64,000 bases of DNA from an uncultured Thermotogaceae bacterium. Lineage in GTDB: Bacteria > Thermotogota > Thermotogae > MWEM01. The notes below the pieces were generated by a model. That model saw only the letters and a list, made by a program, of their open reading frames with translations, had not been told where the DNA came from and did not search any database. The DNA is taken from assembly GCA_964566085.1 (NCBI GenBank), contig CAZMHO010000001.1, positions 3,887-67,886 of the forward strand, written 5' to 3'. A program made the translations under genes and the position numbers. Positions 53,607 to 62,418 of this stretch are shown here, piece by piece (the first letter of the stretch is position 1; every line of letters starts with the position of its first letter).

Positions 53607-56429
53607 ATGAATAAGAGGCTTTTGGTTAGCATGTGTTTCTTCGCCATCTTTCTTTCGATTTCTGTAGGTCAGTATGCGCTCAAGCCTGGAGACCAGATCG
53701 AGGTGTACAATTATACCTACCCGGAACTCAATCAACCGGCTTTGGTGGGAAAGGATGGCTTTATCCAGCTAAAGCTGATCGGCTCTGTGAAAGCGGAGGG
53801 TATGAGCTTGGAAGAGCTGGCTGCGTTCACGAAGAGCAAACTGACGCCGTTCGCGCCGGAATCCCGGGTGACGATCCTATTGACGCAAATCTACCCGGTC
53901 AAGGCCTATATTATCGGCGAAGTGAACCAAGCGACGATTATCGATTTGACATATGAAGAGAACCCGACCCTTCTGCAGGCATTGAGTTTTTGCGGCGGAG
54001 TGAAGACGTCGGCCGATTTGAAAAATATCCTCCTTCGGCACGAGGATGGCTCCTTCGATACCGTCGATATTTCCGGAACGCTCGAATTCGGTCTTTGCGA
54101 GGACATAATCGCGATTCGCCCCGGGGATGTCATCGTGGTTCCCAGAAAATACGAACGTCGGGTTTATGTGTTCGGAAGTCTGGAGCAATCGGGAGTCATC
54201 TATTTTGAAGAAAAGGAACCGATGGTTTTGGAGGTTCTGTTATCCAAGGTTAAGTACGATCTGCGCACTTCGGAACCCACGATCTCTTTGATTCGCGACG
54301 GATACGAAACGCCCTTAACGCTTGAGGGTACCCGTTCCGTCGTAAAAAAAACCGAACTCCGAAGCAACGATATTTTGCTGATCCGTAAACTGCAGCCGAA
54401 GTATTTGTACGTGACCGGTCTATCGACCGCGAGCCGTATTGATTTCGAAAGAGAGGAAGAGATGACGCTGCAAACGTTGTTCGGAAAATTGGGGTTTGCG
54501 CCGCTCTCCGCTCTGGAGATTCGCATCACTCCGGCAAATGGGCAAGCAAGGACGTTATCTATCAACCGTTCGATACCGGTTTATCGATTCGGATCGGGAG
54601 ATATCGTCGAGTTTCCCCCTCAGAACTACGTTTACGTGAGTGGAAACGTAAGCAAAACAGGAAAGATAGATTTCTCCTACTCAGAACCGTTTACCTTGGA
54701 AACGCTTCTGGCTCTAGTGGGAGTGGGCGAAGAAGAAAGCGTCCAACTGACGGTGATCAATCCTGACGGCCGTCGTTTTCTATACCAATATCCCGAACGG
54801 AGAGAGACGCTCACACCCCTCGAACGAGGCGCTTTCGTTCAGTTCCCGTACAAACGGTACGTCTTTCTGGCCGGTTCGATTTCCGAAGGCAACGAGCGGC
54901 AACTGTATTTTCCGAACGAAGAAGAGATGACATTAAAACGCGCCTTAGCCAAAGCAAGCATCGATCTGTCCCAAAACAACTACGGCGTCACGGTGATCCG
55001 CAGTCAGGACCAATACCCGTTCGATCTGAAAAGCGCCCTTCTCTCCGAGGGGAATTTTTTGTTGGAAACGGGCGATATCCTGTTTTTTGAGAAAGAGACC
55101 GATCGGTACGTTCATCTCGTCGTTTCCGAAGGCGATAGCCGAAAGTTGCATTTCGCGCCCGAAGACCCTTTAGACCTATTCACCGTTCTCGTCAAATATG
55201 AGAAAACGGGGGAACTGACCGGTGATCAGATCAAGATCATCGATCCGTCTGGCCGCATTTTTTTGAGTTCGGTCAAAGCGGTTTTGAATCAGGAGGAAAA
55301 CTACTCCCTGTCTCCCAAAAGCCTTGTCGTAATCAACGCTAACGAACGGCGCGTTTTTGTCTTAGGAAACGTGGAGCATAGCGGAGAGATACTCTTCGGT
55401 CAAGACGAACCCTTTACCTTGACCACGCTCGTCGCCAAATGCAACCCCATCCTGAACGAAAAAACCGAGAACATCCTGGTTAAGCGTCGCGCCGGCGTAA
55501 CTGTTTTGGATCTTCAGGATGTCTTGGACGTTTCAACGGTATTCGCGTTGGAAAAAGACGCGGTCGTGTACTTTAAACCGTACGAACCAAAAGTCGTGAC
55601 GATCTTCGGACAGGTAAAAATCCCCGGACTTTTATCCTTCGGCAAACTTGAACCGCTGAATCTGATGACCGTTTTGTCTAAGGCCGGAGGGTTGCTTTCC
55701 GATGCCAGCCAACGCATCAAAGTGGTCGGGGCTGACGGCAAAAGCACTATCTATAACCTGATTTCTGAACCGAATCCGGAAAGGCTCTCGATCGCTCCCG
55801 GCAGTTATGTTGTGGTAGAGAACAATCAGGGGCAGTATATCGCCATTTTGGGAGACGTGAAGAACCCGGGGCTTCATTACCTAAAAAAAGACGAACTCTC
55901 GCTATTGGAATTGCTGAGCGCGCAAGGGGGGGTCAGCGATTGGACCCTAAACACGACATTGGAACTTACCCGCTCGTCGGGAGAGAAAGAGCTCATAAAT
56001 ATCGATCTGGACCCCTCGTCGCTAAACAAGACGAAGGTACGGCCGGGAGATACGGTTTTCGTATACCCGAGCAGCCGCTTGAAAGTCTACGTGTTCGGAG
56101 CCGTGGTGAATCCGGGCATCGTCCCCTATCGATCGAAGATGACGCTATTAGAGTCTTTGCTCTATTGTAGAGGGCCTTCTTCTTCCGCATACATGAAGAA
56201 AATTATGGTCTTCCCCGGGGGTGTCGACGCGAATCCGATCCTGTTGGACTATTCCGGATTCAGGAACGAGCGAGGCGTCGCAGACTACTTCCTGGAGCCG
56301 GGAGACGTCGTTTACGTGCCCCAAAACGCATTAGTGGAGATTAAAGATGTCGCCGGATTTCTGGGTACCATGCTGACGCTCGTGAATTCTGGGTTCACGT
56401 TAATGGATAAGCTGCAAAATTTACCGTAA
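53607..56429 (+). CDS. Wza/KpsD-like polysaccharide export protein with about 10 tandem SLBB (beta-grasp) repeats
   Basis: An N-terminal signal peptide plus a Poly_export (PES) motif LKPGDQIEV…DGFIQLKLIGSVKAEG. Repeated about 85-aa units of the form [RK]xYVxGxVxxxGxxxFxxxEPxTLxxLLxxxGG recur about 10 times. The ATG at 53607 has a strong RBS AGAGGAG; the track ORF begins at a GTG inside that RBS. Confidence 0.7.
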   Translation: MNKRLLVSMCFFAIFLSISVGQYALKPGDQIEVYNYTYPELNQPALVGKDGFIQLKLIGSVKAEGMSLEELAAFTKSKLTPFAPESRVTILLTQIYPVKAYIIGEVNQATIIDLTYEENPTLLQALSFCGGVKTSADLKNILLRHEDGSFDTVDISGTLEFGLCEDIIAIRPGDVIVVPRKYERRVYVFGSLEQSGVIYFEEKEPMVLEVLLSKVKYDLRTSEPTISLIRDGYETPLTLEGTRSVVKKTELRSNDILLIRKLQPKYLYVTGLSTASRIDFEREEEMTLQTLFGKLGFAPLSALEIRITPANGQARTLSINRSIPVYRFGSGDIVEFPPQNYVYVSGNVSKTGKIDFSYSEPFTLETLLALVGVGEEESVQLTVINPDGRRFLYQYPERRETLTPLERGAFVQFPYKRYVFLAGSISEGNERQLYFPNEEEMTLKRALAKASIDLSQNNYGVTVIRSQDQYPFDLKSALLSEGNFLLETGDILFFEKETDRYVHLVVSEGDSRKLHFAPEDPLDLFTVLVKYEKTGELTGDQIKIIDPSGRIFLSSVKAVLNQEENYSLSPKSLVVINANERRVFVLGNVEHSGEILFGQDEPFTLTTLVAKCNPILNEKTENILVKRRAGVTVLDLQDVLDVSTVFALEKDAVVYFKPYEPKVVTIFGQVKIPGLLSFGKLEPLNLMTVLSKAGGLLSDASQRIKVVGADGKSTIYNLISEPNPERLSIAPGSYVVVENNQGQYIAILGDVKNPGLHYLKKDELSLLELLSAQGGVSDWTLNTTLELTRSSGEKELINIDLDPSSLNKTKVRPGDTVFVYPSSRLKVYVFGAVVNPGIVPYRSKMTLLESLLYCRGPSSSAYMKKIMVFPGGVDANPILLDYSGFRNERGVADYFLEPGDVVYVPQNALVEIKDVAGFLGTMLTLVNSGFTLMDKLQNLP

Positions 56430-56453
56430 AAGCCGAAAAAATGGGGGGATTTC

Positions 56454-58622
56454 GTGCCTTCGTCCGAGCGCGATGAGATCTACGAAAAAGAACCGAACGA
56501 GTTAACGATAAACGATCTGTTCCGCATGTTCAAAAGGCGGATTGTGTGGTTTTTACTCGTCGTGGTCCTTACCGTTATCGCCACGATCCTCTATGCCTTC
56601 ATCTCTCCGCGGGTCTACGAGTCGAGCGTGACGATAAAACTGTCGGCCGCCTCTTCTTCCGGCATCTCTGGTTTCTTGCAGGATCTTCCTTTTGGAATCG
56701 GCGGATCTTCGAGCGGTGGCAGCATTTTAACGGAGATAGAGATGATCACGAGCAAAGGCAACATCGAAAAGGTGATCCGAAATATCGGTTTGTTGGATAT
56801 TCTGATACCGGCGGAGAAAAGAAAACCTGGAGAAGCGGAGCAGGCAATGTTCTCGCGCGCCGTAAGCGCCTTGGCGGAACAGATCAGCGTGAACCCGGTT
56901 AAGAACACCAATATCGTCAAGATTACCGTTGCCTTATCAGAAGGGGATCTCGCAGCGCGTATCGCCAATGAGTTGGCTTCGGTATACAACGAAAGTTTGT
57001 ACGATATCAACAAAACGCAAGCGAATGAAAAGCTGTCGTTCATTGAGAAGCAGCTGCCTGTGAGTAAAGCCGCTCTTGACTTCTCTATACGGAAGGTGAG
57101 AGAGTATAAGGAAGCGAAACAGATCTTTCTGATATCCGAAGAAGCGAAGGCTTTGTTAGAGGTAATCGCGGACTTCGACAAGCAGTTGAATGCAAAAAAA
57201 ATGGAATTGCGAACGACTCAGGCAGGGATTGCGGCGATCCGGGAAAAACTCTCCGCAACAAACGAAAAATTGATCTCCTCGGAAACGATCACGATCAATC
57301 CGCTTGTCAGCGAATTGCGGAGCAAGTTAACGAATCTGAATATCGAATTGGCCGCTTTGGAGAAACTCTATCCGGCCACCGATCCTCGAGTTCTACAAAA
57401 AAGGAAGTCGATCGAAGAGACTCAGAAAGAGCTATCGAAACAAGTCGTCAATATTGTCACGTCTCAGCAAAAAACAGACAACCCGATTTACGCGACGCTT
57501 ATGGGAGAGTTGGTCATGAAAGAGATCGACTATCAACTCTACGCCGCGACGATTGAAGCTATTGAAAATACCCGCAAGGAATACGACCAAAAAATGAGAC
57601 AGCTCCCCGCTCTCGAGCAGGAACTCACCGAGCTGCTCCGAGAGGAGAGCATCAACGAGCAGGTCTATGTCGCCCTCTACAAGAGTTATATCGACGCCCA
57701 GATTTCCGAAGCCGGGATCGTCAACCAAACCTATATCGTGGACGCAGCGGAACCCCCTTTGAATGCCGCGAAACCTCAAAAAAAACTCATCGTGGCGATA
57801 GGCGGGGTTTTGGGAGTATTCCTGGGCATCCTGTTCGTATTCGTTCTCGAATACCTTGAAAAACGGATTATGGATACCGAGGAGCTCGCGAAGATGACGG
57901 GGGACGCGGTCCCGATCTTCGGCTTTTTCCCGAAAACCAAAACCGGCCTTCTTCCGATTAATCCCCAGAATCCCGATCGCCTCCTCTCCGAAGCGGCTGA
58001 GACAGCCTATACGCGATTCCATTTAAGAAAACATGAACGCCCTTCGAAAGTTATCGCGATTACGAGTTCCGAGAGCAACACCGGGAGTTCTACACTTGCC
58101 TTCTACCTTGCGCAAACAATTGCTCGAAGCAGGGAACGCGTTCTCCTGATCGACGGGGCGCTACGATATACCAACCTCACGAAACGCATCGGATTGCCGA
58201 ATCACCAGACCGGCTTTTCTCAAGCCATTTCGGAGGGCTTCTCCGAACGGGTTCCTGTGGTTTCGCTACAACCTTATCTGGACTTTCTGCCGGCCGGAAA
58301 GCACGACGCGCATCCGTTGGCCCTGTTCCGAGGAAAACGGTTTGAAGAGTGGATAACCGCCATGGCGAAAGAATACGATCGAATTCTCATCGATACGCCG
58401 GCGATGAACCGGGATGTGGATACGTCCATGCTTATCGCGAGAACGGAAGGCGTTTTTTTGGTGGTCACGATTGGAAAAACCGGGAAACGCGCTTTTAGAA
58501 AGGCGCTGAACGATATTGGTTACGCGCAAATCCCTTTGTTGGGCCTTTTGGTCAATAAATGCCAAATCGGTAAAGATTTCTCCCTTCGAAAAAATGAAAA
58601 TCGATCCGAGATTCAAGCCTAA
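56454..58622 (+). CDS. Wzc/GumC-like polysaccharide co-polymerase with a degenerate BY-kinase-like ATPase domain
   Basis: A Wzz N-terminal TM, a long coiled-coil periplasmic region, a second TM (LIVAIGGVLGVFLGILFVFVL), then a CapB-like domain. The Walker A position reads ITSSESNTGSST (no Lys) and there is no C-terminal Tyr cluster. Confidence 0.65.
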   Translation: MPSSERDEIYEKEPNELTINDLFRMFKRRIVWFLLVVVLTVIATILYAFISPRVYESSVTIKLSAASSSGISGFLQDLPFGIGGSSSGGSILTEIEMITSKGNIEKVIRNIGLLDILIPAEKRKPGEAEQAMFSRAVSALAEQISVNPVKNTNIVKITVALSEGDLAARIANELASVYNESLYDINKTQANEKLSFIEKQLPVSKAALDFSIRKVREYKEAKQIFLISEEAKALLEVIADFDKQLNAKKMELRTTQAGIAAIREKLSATNEKLISSETITINPLVSELRSKLTNLNIELAALEKLYPATDPRVLQKRKSIEETQKELSKQVVNIVTSQQKTDNPIYATLMGELVMKEIDYQLYAATIEAIENTRKEYDQKMRQLPALEQELTELLREESINEQVYVALYKSYIDAQISEAGIVNQTYIVDAAEPPLNAAKPQKKLIVAIGGVLGVFLGILFVFVLEYLEKRIMDTEELAKMTGDAVPIFGFFPKTKTGLLPINPQNPDRLLSEAAETAYTRFHLRKHERPSKVIAITSSESNTGSSTLAFYLAQTIARSRERVLLIDGALRYTNLTKRIGLPNHQTGFSQAISEGFSERVPVVSLQPYLDFLPAGKHDAHPLALFRGKRFEEWITAMAKEYDRILIDTPAMNRDVDTSMLIARTEGVFLVVTIGKTGKRAFRKALNDIGYAQIPLLGLLVNKCQIGKDFSLRKNENRSEIQA

Positions 58623-58631
58623 AGGTTTCCG

Positions 58632-60146
58632 ATGAAAGCGATCATCCTTGACGGTTATGTGGACGAACCGGCGCTGTTTGGAGTCCCTCCGTTCGTTTCC
58701 ACGTACGTTCGATACGCCTGGGGCGCGTATCGTCATTTCGGAGTAGATCCAGAGTATTGGACAATCGACCAGATCAGGAAAGAGAACTCATGGGACGACC
58801 TCAATCAGGCCGATCATTTGGTGATCATCGGAGGCGTCAGCGTTCCAGGGAAGTACGCGGGAGGCGCGCCGCTTTCTTTCAACGAGCTCTCTAAGATCGC
58901 CGAAGGCTGCCCCGCTCCGCTGAAGATTCTATTCGGTGCTTTCACCTACCGTACTGAATCCGAAAAACGCAAAAACGAAAGGAAATCCGGAAAGTCCCGG
59001 ACAACTCAGAATAACCCTCTGAGAGCTATCGAATGCATCGTATCAGGAAACCTCGAGACCTATCTGTACTATCTTCTATCGGGTAAGAACCCGCCCGAGG
59101 ATATCGGAAAAGAGACGGATAAAACCGAACTGTGCGCCTTGGCCGGCGCGGGGTTAGTCAACCGGCATCCGAACTATCCGAATCTCATCTGCGAGCTCGA
59201 AGTGTCTTCCGGTTGCGAACGACGGTCTCATTGCAGTTTTTGTAGCGAACCCCTCTTTCATAAGCGCTTCTCGTCGCGAGACCCGGAAGCGTTGTTATCG
59301 GAAGCGGCTGCTTTGGGAGAACATGGGGTGAAACACTTTCGTTTGGGTCGTACAGCCAATATAAGCGCCTATGGCGAACGCGGCGACGGTCCCGATCCCG
59401 TGGCCCTGCGCAGAGTTTATCAAGGGTTTCGAGAACGGGTGCCCGGTCTGCGCACCTTGCATACTGACAACGCCAATCCCCAATACATCGCCGAGCACCC
59501 GACCGAGTCCGCCAAGATCCTCGAGACGATTGCGGAGTATAACACGTCCGGCGACATCCTGTCTTTCGGTGTCGAGTCTTTCGACGAAACCGTCATCCGT
59601 TCCAATAACCTTGGTACGCGGGTGGAAACGATCTATCAAGCCATCAAATTGGTCAACGAGATCGGGGGGCTCCGAAAAGAAGGGGTTCCAGCGCTCCTTC
59701 CGGGAATTAACCTCATCGCCGGATTGATCGGCGAGACGAAAAGTACTTTTTCGAAGAACCTCGAAGCGTTGAAGACGATCGTGGGAAACGGATGGCTCTT
59801 ACGCCGCATCAACCTCCGGCAGGTGATGGTTTTTCCAGAGACCCCTTTATGGATTTACCGTCAGTCCCATTACCTCCCTTTTCATCACTTGGAGTTCCAG
59901 CATTTCAAAGAGAAGGTCCGGAAGGAAATCGACCGCCCGATGCTTCAACAGGTCTTCCCGGCCGGAACGGTCATTCGGGACGTCGTGATGGAGTACCACG
60001 AAGGCAATAACACTTTCGGAAGGCCCTTGTGGACCTACGGGATCTTGATCGGTATCCGGGAAAGGCTTCCTATCGGCGAAAAGGTATCCGTTATCGTTAC
60101 AGAACACGGCTATCGATCGCTCACAGGCCAAAAGATTCCCGCTTAA
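58632..60146 (+). CDS. Radical-SAM-like Fe-S enzyme with an N-terminal Rossmann/B12-binding-like domain and a non-canonical Cys motif
   Basis: SSGCERRSHCSFCSE (C-x5-C-x2-C, not CxxxCxxC), with a TIM-barrel-length body. The N-terminal ~110 aa (KAIILDGYVDEP…LVIIGGVS) resemble flavodoxin/B12-binding folds. Confidence 0.55.
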   Translation: MKAIILDGYVDEPALFGVPPFVSTYVRYAWGAYRHFGVDPEYWTIDQIRKENSWDDLNQADHLVIIGGVSVPGKYAGGAPLSFNELSKIAEGCPAPLKILFGAFTYRTESEKRKNERKSGKSRTTQNNPLRAIECIVSGNLETYLYYLLSGKNPPEDIGKETDKTELCALAGAGLVNRHPNYPNLICELEVSSGCERRSHCSFCSEPLFHKRFSSRDPEALLSEAAALGEHGVKHFRLGRTANISAYGERGDGPDPVALRRVYQGFRERVPGLRTLHTDNANPQYIAEHPTESAKILETIAEYNTSGDILSFGVESFDETVIRSNNLGTRVETIYQAIKLVNEIGGLRKEGVPALLPGINLIAGLIGETKSTFSKNLEALKTIVGNGWLLRRINLRQVMVFPETPLWIYRQSHYLPFHHLEFQHFKEKVRKEIDRPMLQQVFPAGTVIRDVVMEYHEGNNTFGRPLWTYGILIGIRERLPIGEKVSVIVTEHGYRSLTGQKIPA

Positions 60147-60178
60147 GGCGCTTAAGCGAAGACGCTGAGCATTTTTGC

Positions 60179-60982
60179 TTAAGCTTCATTGCCTTGAGCT
60201 CCATCATCCTTCGATTTGTAAGTTCCAACCCCGATATGCGCGGCATCTAAGGCTTCCCGCAACGCTTTTGCGAAGGCTCCTGCGCGGGGGGTGTCCGAGT
60301 GAAGGCATAAGGTGTCGCATTCGCAAGGGATTAGAATCCCTTCAGCGCTCACGACTTCGCGCTTCCGGATCATACGGATGGTGCGAGGAACGAGTTCCTT
60401 TTCGGGAACGAAAGCGCCGGGTTCTCTCCGGGAAACCAGACTGCCGTCGGTGTGGAGTTGGCGGTCGATGAAAGCTTCCCTGGCGAAACGAATGCCTTGT
60501 TCCTCCGCGACCCGATGGACCGCCGATCGAGCAAGACCGACGAGCACTAAAGAAGGGTCATAGGCTTTAACGGCTTCGACGAGCGGGATTGCGACGGCTT
60601 CATCACGCGCCGCAATCGTGTAAAGCGCCCCGTGGGGTTTCACGTGAGCTAAGTGAAGTCCTCGGACTCTTAGAAAGGCATCCAAGGCTCCCAGTTGGTA
60701 GAGGATATCGGTTCGAATTTCGTTCGCGGGAAGGTTCAACTCGCGCCGCCCGAAACCCCGAAGATCATAGAACCCTGGATGGGCGCCTATTTGCAGGCCG
60801 AGATTCGCTGCCATCCTTACGGTTTTCTCTATGGTAATTGGATCCCCTGCATGGAAACCGCACGCGATATTTACGGAGGACACATACCGAAAAATCCGTT
60901 CGTCGTCTCCCATCGGATAGACTCCGAAACTTTCGCCGGCATCGCAATTGATATCAATGGTATCGGCGGCATTTCGCCACAA
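60179..60982 (-). CDS. pxpA: 5-oxoprolinase subunit A (LamB/YcsF family)
   Basis: IDINCDAGESFG…NIACGFHAGDP are LamB/YcsF motifs. Confidence 0.8.
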   Translation of the reverse strand: MWRNAADTIDINCDAGESFGVYPMGDDERIFRYVSSVNIACGFHAGDPITIEKTVRMAANLGLQIGAHPGFYDLRGFGRRELNLPANEIRTDILYQLGALDAFLRVRGLHLAHVKPHGALYTIAARDEAVAIPLVEAVKAYDPSLVLVGLARSAVHRVAEEQGIRFAREAFIDRQLHTDGSLVSRREPGAFVPEKELVPRTIRMIRKREVVSAEGILIPCECDTLCLHSDTPRAGAFAKALREALDAAHIGVGTYKSKDDGAQGNEA

Positions 60983-61100
60983 AGTATCACCTCATTTTCG
61001 AAAAAATATCGTATAATCATATCATACGTTCAATTCTCTAGTTCGGTTAAGAAAACACATCATTGCAACCGCTGAAGACAGGCGTTAAGGAAGGTGCACT

Positions 61101-61814
61101 ATGGGAGAAGAGATTCTATTCTTCGAAATCGAGAGGAAATATCTGTTTTTGTCGCTGGATAAAGCGAAGCGGTTTATCAACGCACCGCGTTTCCGATGGC
61201 AAAAGATCGGTATCCTCCAATGGTATCTGGACGAGAAAGATGAACCGGGGGTATCGGTTCGTATACGATTGATGATAGAGGAGACGGCAGAAGGGTTTTC
61301 GGAACGATGGGTGATCGGAAGCAAAAAACCCGTTGATGGCAATCCCGAAAAAAGGGTGGAGGTGGAGACCCCCTTCTCGCCCGCGAGCGTGTGGCCCGAT
61401 CTACCTTACCTAACGGAGGCTTTTCGAAATCGAATCGCGTCGCGTAACTTCGATCGGTATCCCGTTGTTGCCAAGATACGGCACTTATTAGTCGATCCCG
61501 CGGACATTGCTCAAGAGGCAAATGTCGTCTTAGATTACTTTTTATACCCAAAGAAGAAGAAAGGGGAACGGGTTTACCTCGAGATCGAACTGAAAAACAG
61601 CGATTCGCCGTATCGCGATGAGGAGCGGTTCGAAAAGCTCTTTCAAAGTCTCGAACTATCTTCTTTCGTTCGCGATATCACCGACAAGAAGAATATGACG
61701 AACCGAAGTTTAGCCGAAAATGCTTTTAAGAAGACGGAAAAGAAGTACGGGATGGAAAAGGGAGTTTCGGAGATACGACACGCGCTCCCGCAATCGGAGT
61801 GCTTTAGCCATTGA
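61101..61814 (+). CDS. CYTH-domain protein (triphosphate tunnel metalloenzyme)
   Basis: The EIERKYL start motif and later ExE/K-rich beta-barrel segments (LEIELK). Precise substrate is unknown. Confidence 0.55.
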   Translation: MGEEILFFEIERKYLFLSLDKAKRFINAPRFRWQKIGILQWYLDEKDEPGVSVRIRLMIEETAEGFSERWVIGSKKPVDGNPEKRVEVETPFSPASVWPDLPYLTEAFRNRIASRNFDRYPVVAKIRHLLVDPADIAQEANVVLDYFLYPKKKKGERVYLEIELKNSDSPYRDEERFEKLFQSLELSSFVRDITDKKNMTNRSLAENAFKKTEKKYGMEKGVSEIRHALPQSECFSH

Positions 61815-62418
61815 GGTCGGAGGGCCCGTCGATATCTTTAATCGAGTCGGAATCGTCTGTTTCAATCCAACGCTGGTACTCCGACAACGGTTTTATAATC
61901 GATTTAAGCCCCTGATCGCCGGTAATCGTCAATCCAAGCTCAAAAAAGGGCGAAGGGAAGTAGAGGGGGAAGCCGGGGATTCCTTGGTAACGCGGACGAA
62001 TAATCCTCTCCGGTTCTTGATCCGCTTTTGAAAAAACGGACCGGATCGTTTCTTCAGAGATAAACGGCATATCTCCCAGAAACAAAAAAATCCCCTCCGC
62101 TTCTCGGCGAAGGGCTTCCTTTATCCCCAATTTTACAGACTGCGAGATTCCTTCGCAATAGCGCGCGTTGAAAAAAATCTCGACGCCTTCGGTCAGGTGG
62201 ATCAATCGCGCGTTAACAGGATTCGCTATGACCAGGACGGGCCAAGGGTCTTTTAAACCTCCGCGCTCGCCCGCGTGTCGGGCTTTTTCGATCACTTGCG
62301 CGATAACCGTTCGGCCACTACCCGGTAAAAGCGCGGCGAGCTTGTTTCCGCCAAAGCGTTTTCCTTCGCCCGCCGCGAGAACAATCGAGAGAAACCGATT
62401 AGTCTTTGAACCGATAAT
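61804..62418 (-). CDS. MobA-like NTP transferase (molybdenum-cofactor nucleotidyltransferase family) without a canonical start codon
   Basis: The frame translates …FLSIVLAAGEGKRFGGNKLAALLPG… (G-rich NTP loop) upstream of the track's GTG start at 62295. A TGA at 62419-62421 closes the frame, and no ATG/GTG/TTG lies between that stop and the conserved loop. Confidence 0.45.
   Translation of the reverse strand: MIGSKTNRFLSIVLAAGEGKRFGGNKLAALLPGSGRTVIAQVIEKARHAGERGGLKDPWPVLVIANPVNARLIHLTEGVEIFFNARYCEGISQSVKLGIKEALRREAEGIFLFLGDMPFISEETIRSVFSKADQEPERIIRPRYQGIPGFPLYFPSPFFELGLTITGDQGLKSIIKPLSEYQRWIETDDSDSIKDIDGPSDLNG

Noticed and set aside
53072-53647. 191-aa minus-strand ORF antisense to the small membrane-protein gene
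   Set aside because: No RBS and no membrane or soluble-domain logic. The plus-strand ORF fits the co-directional operon and has a clean signal/TM topology.
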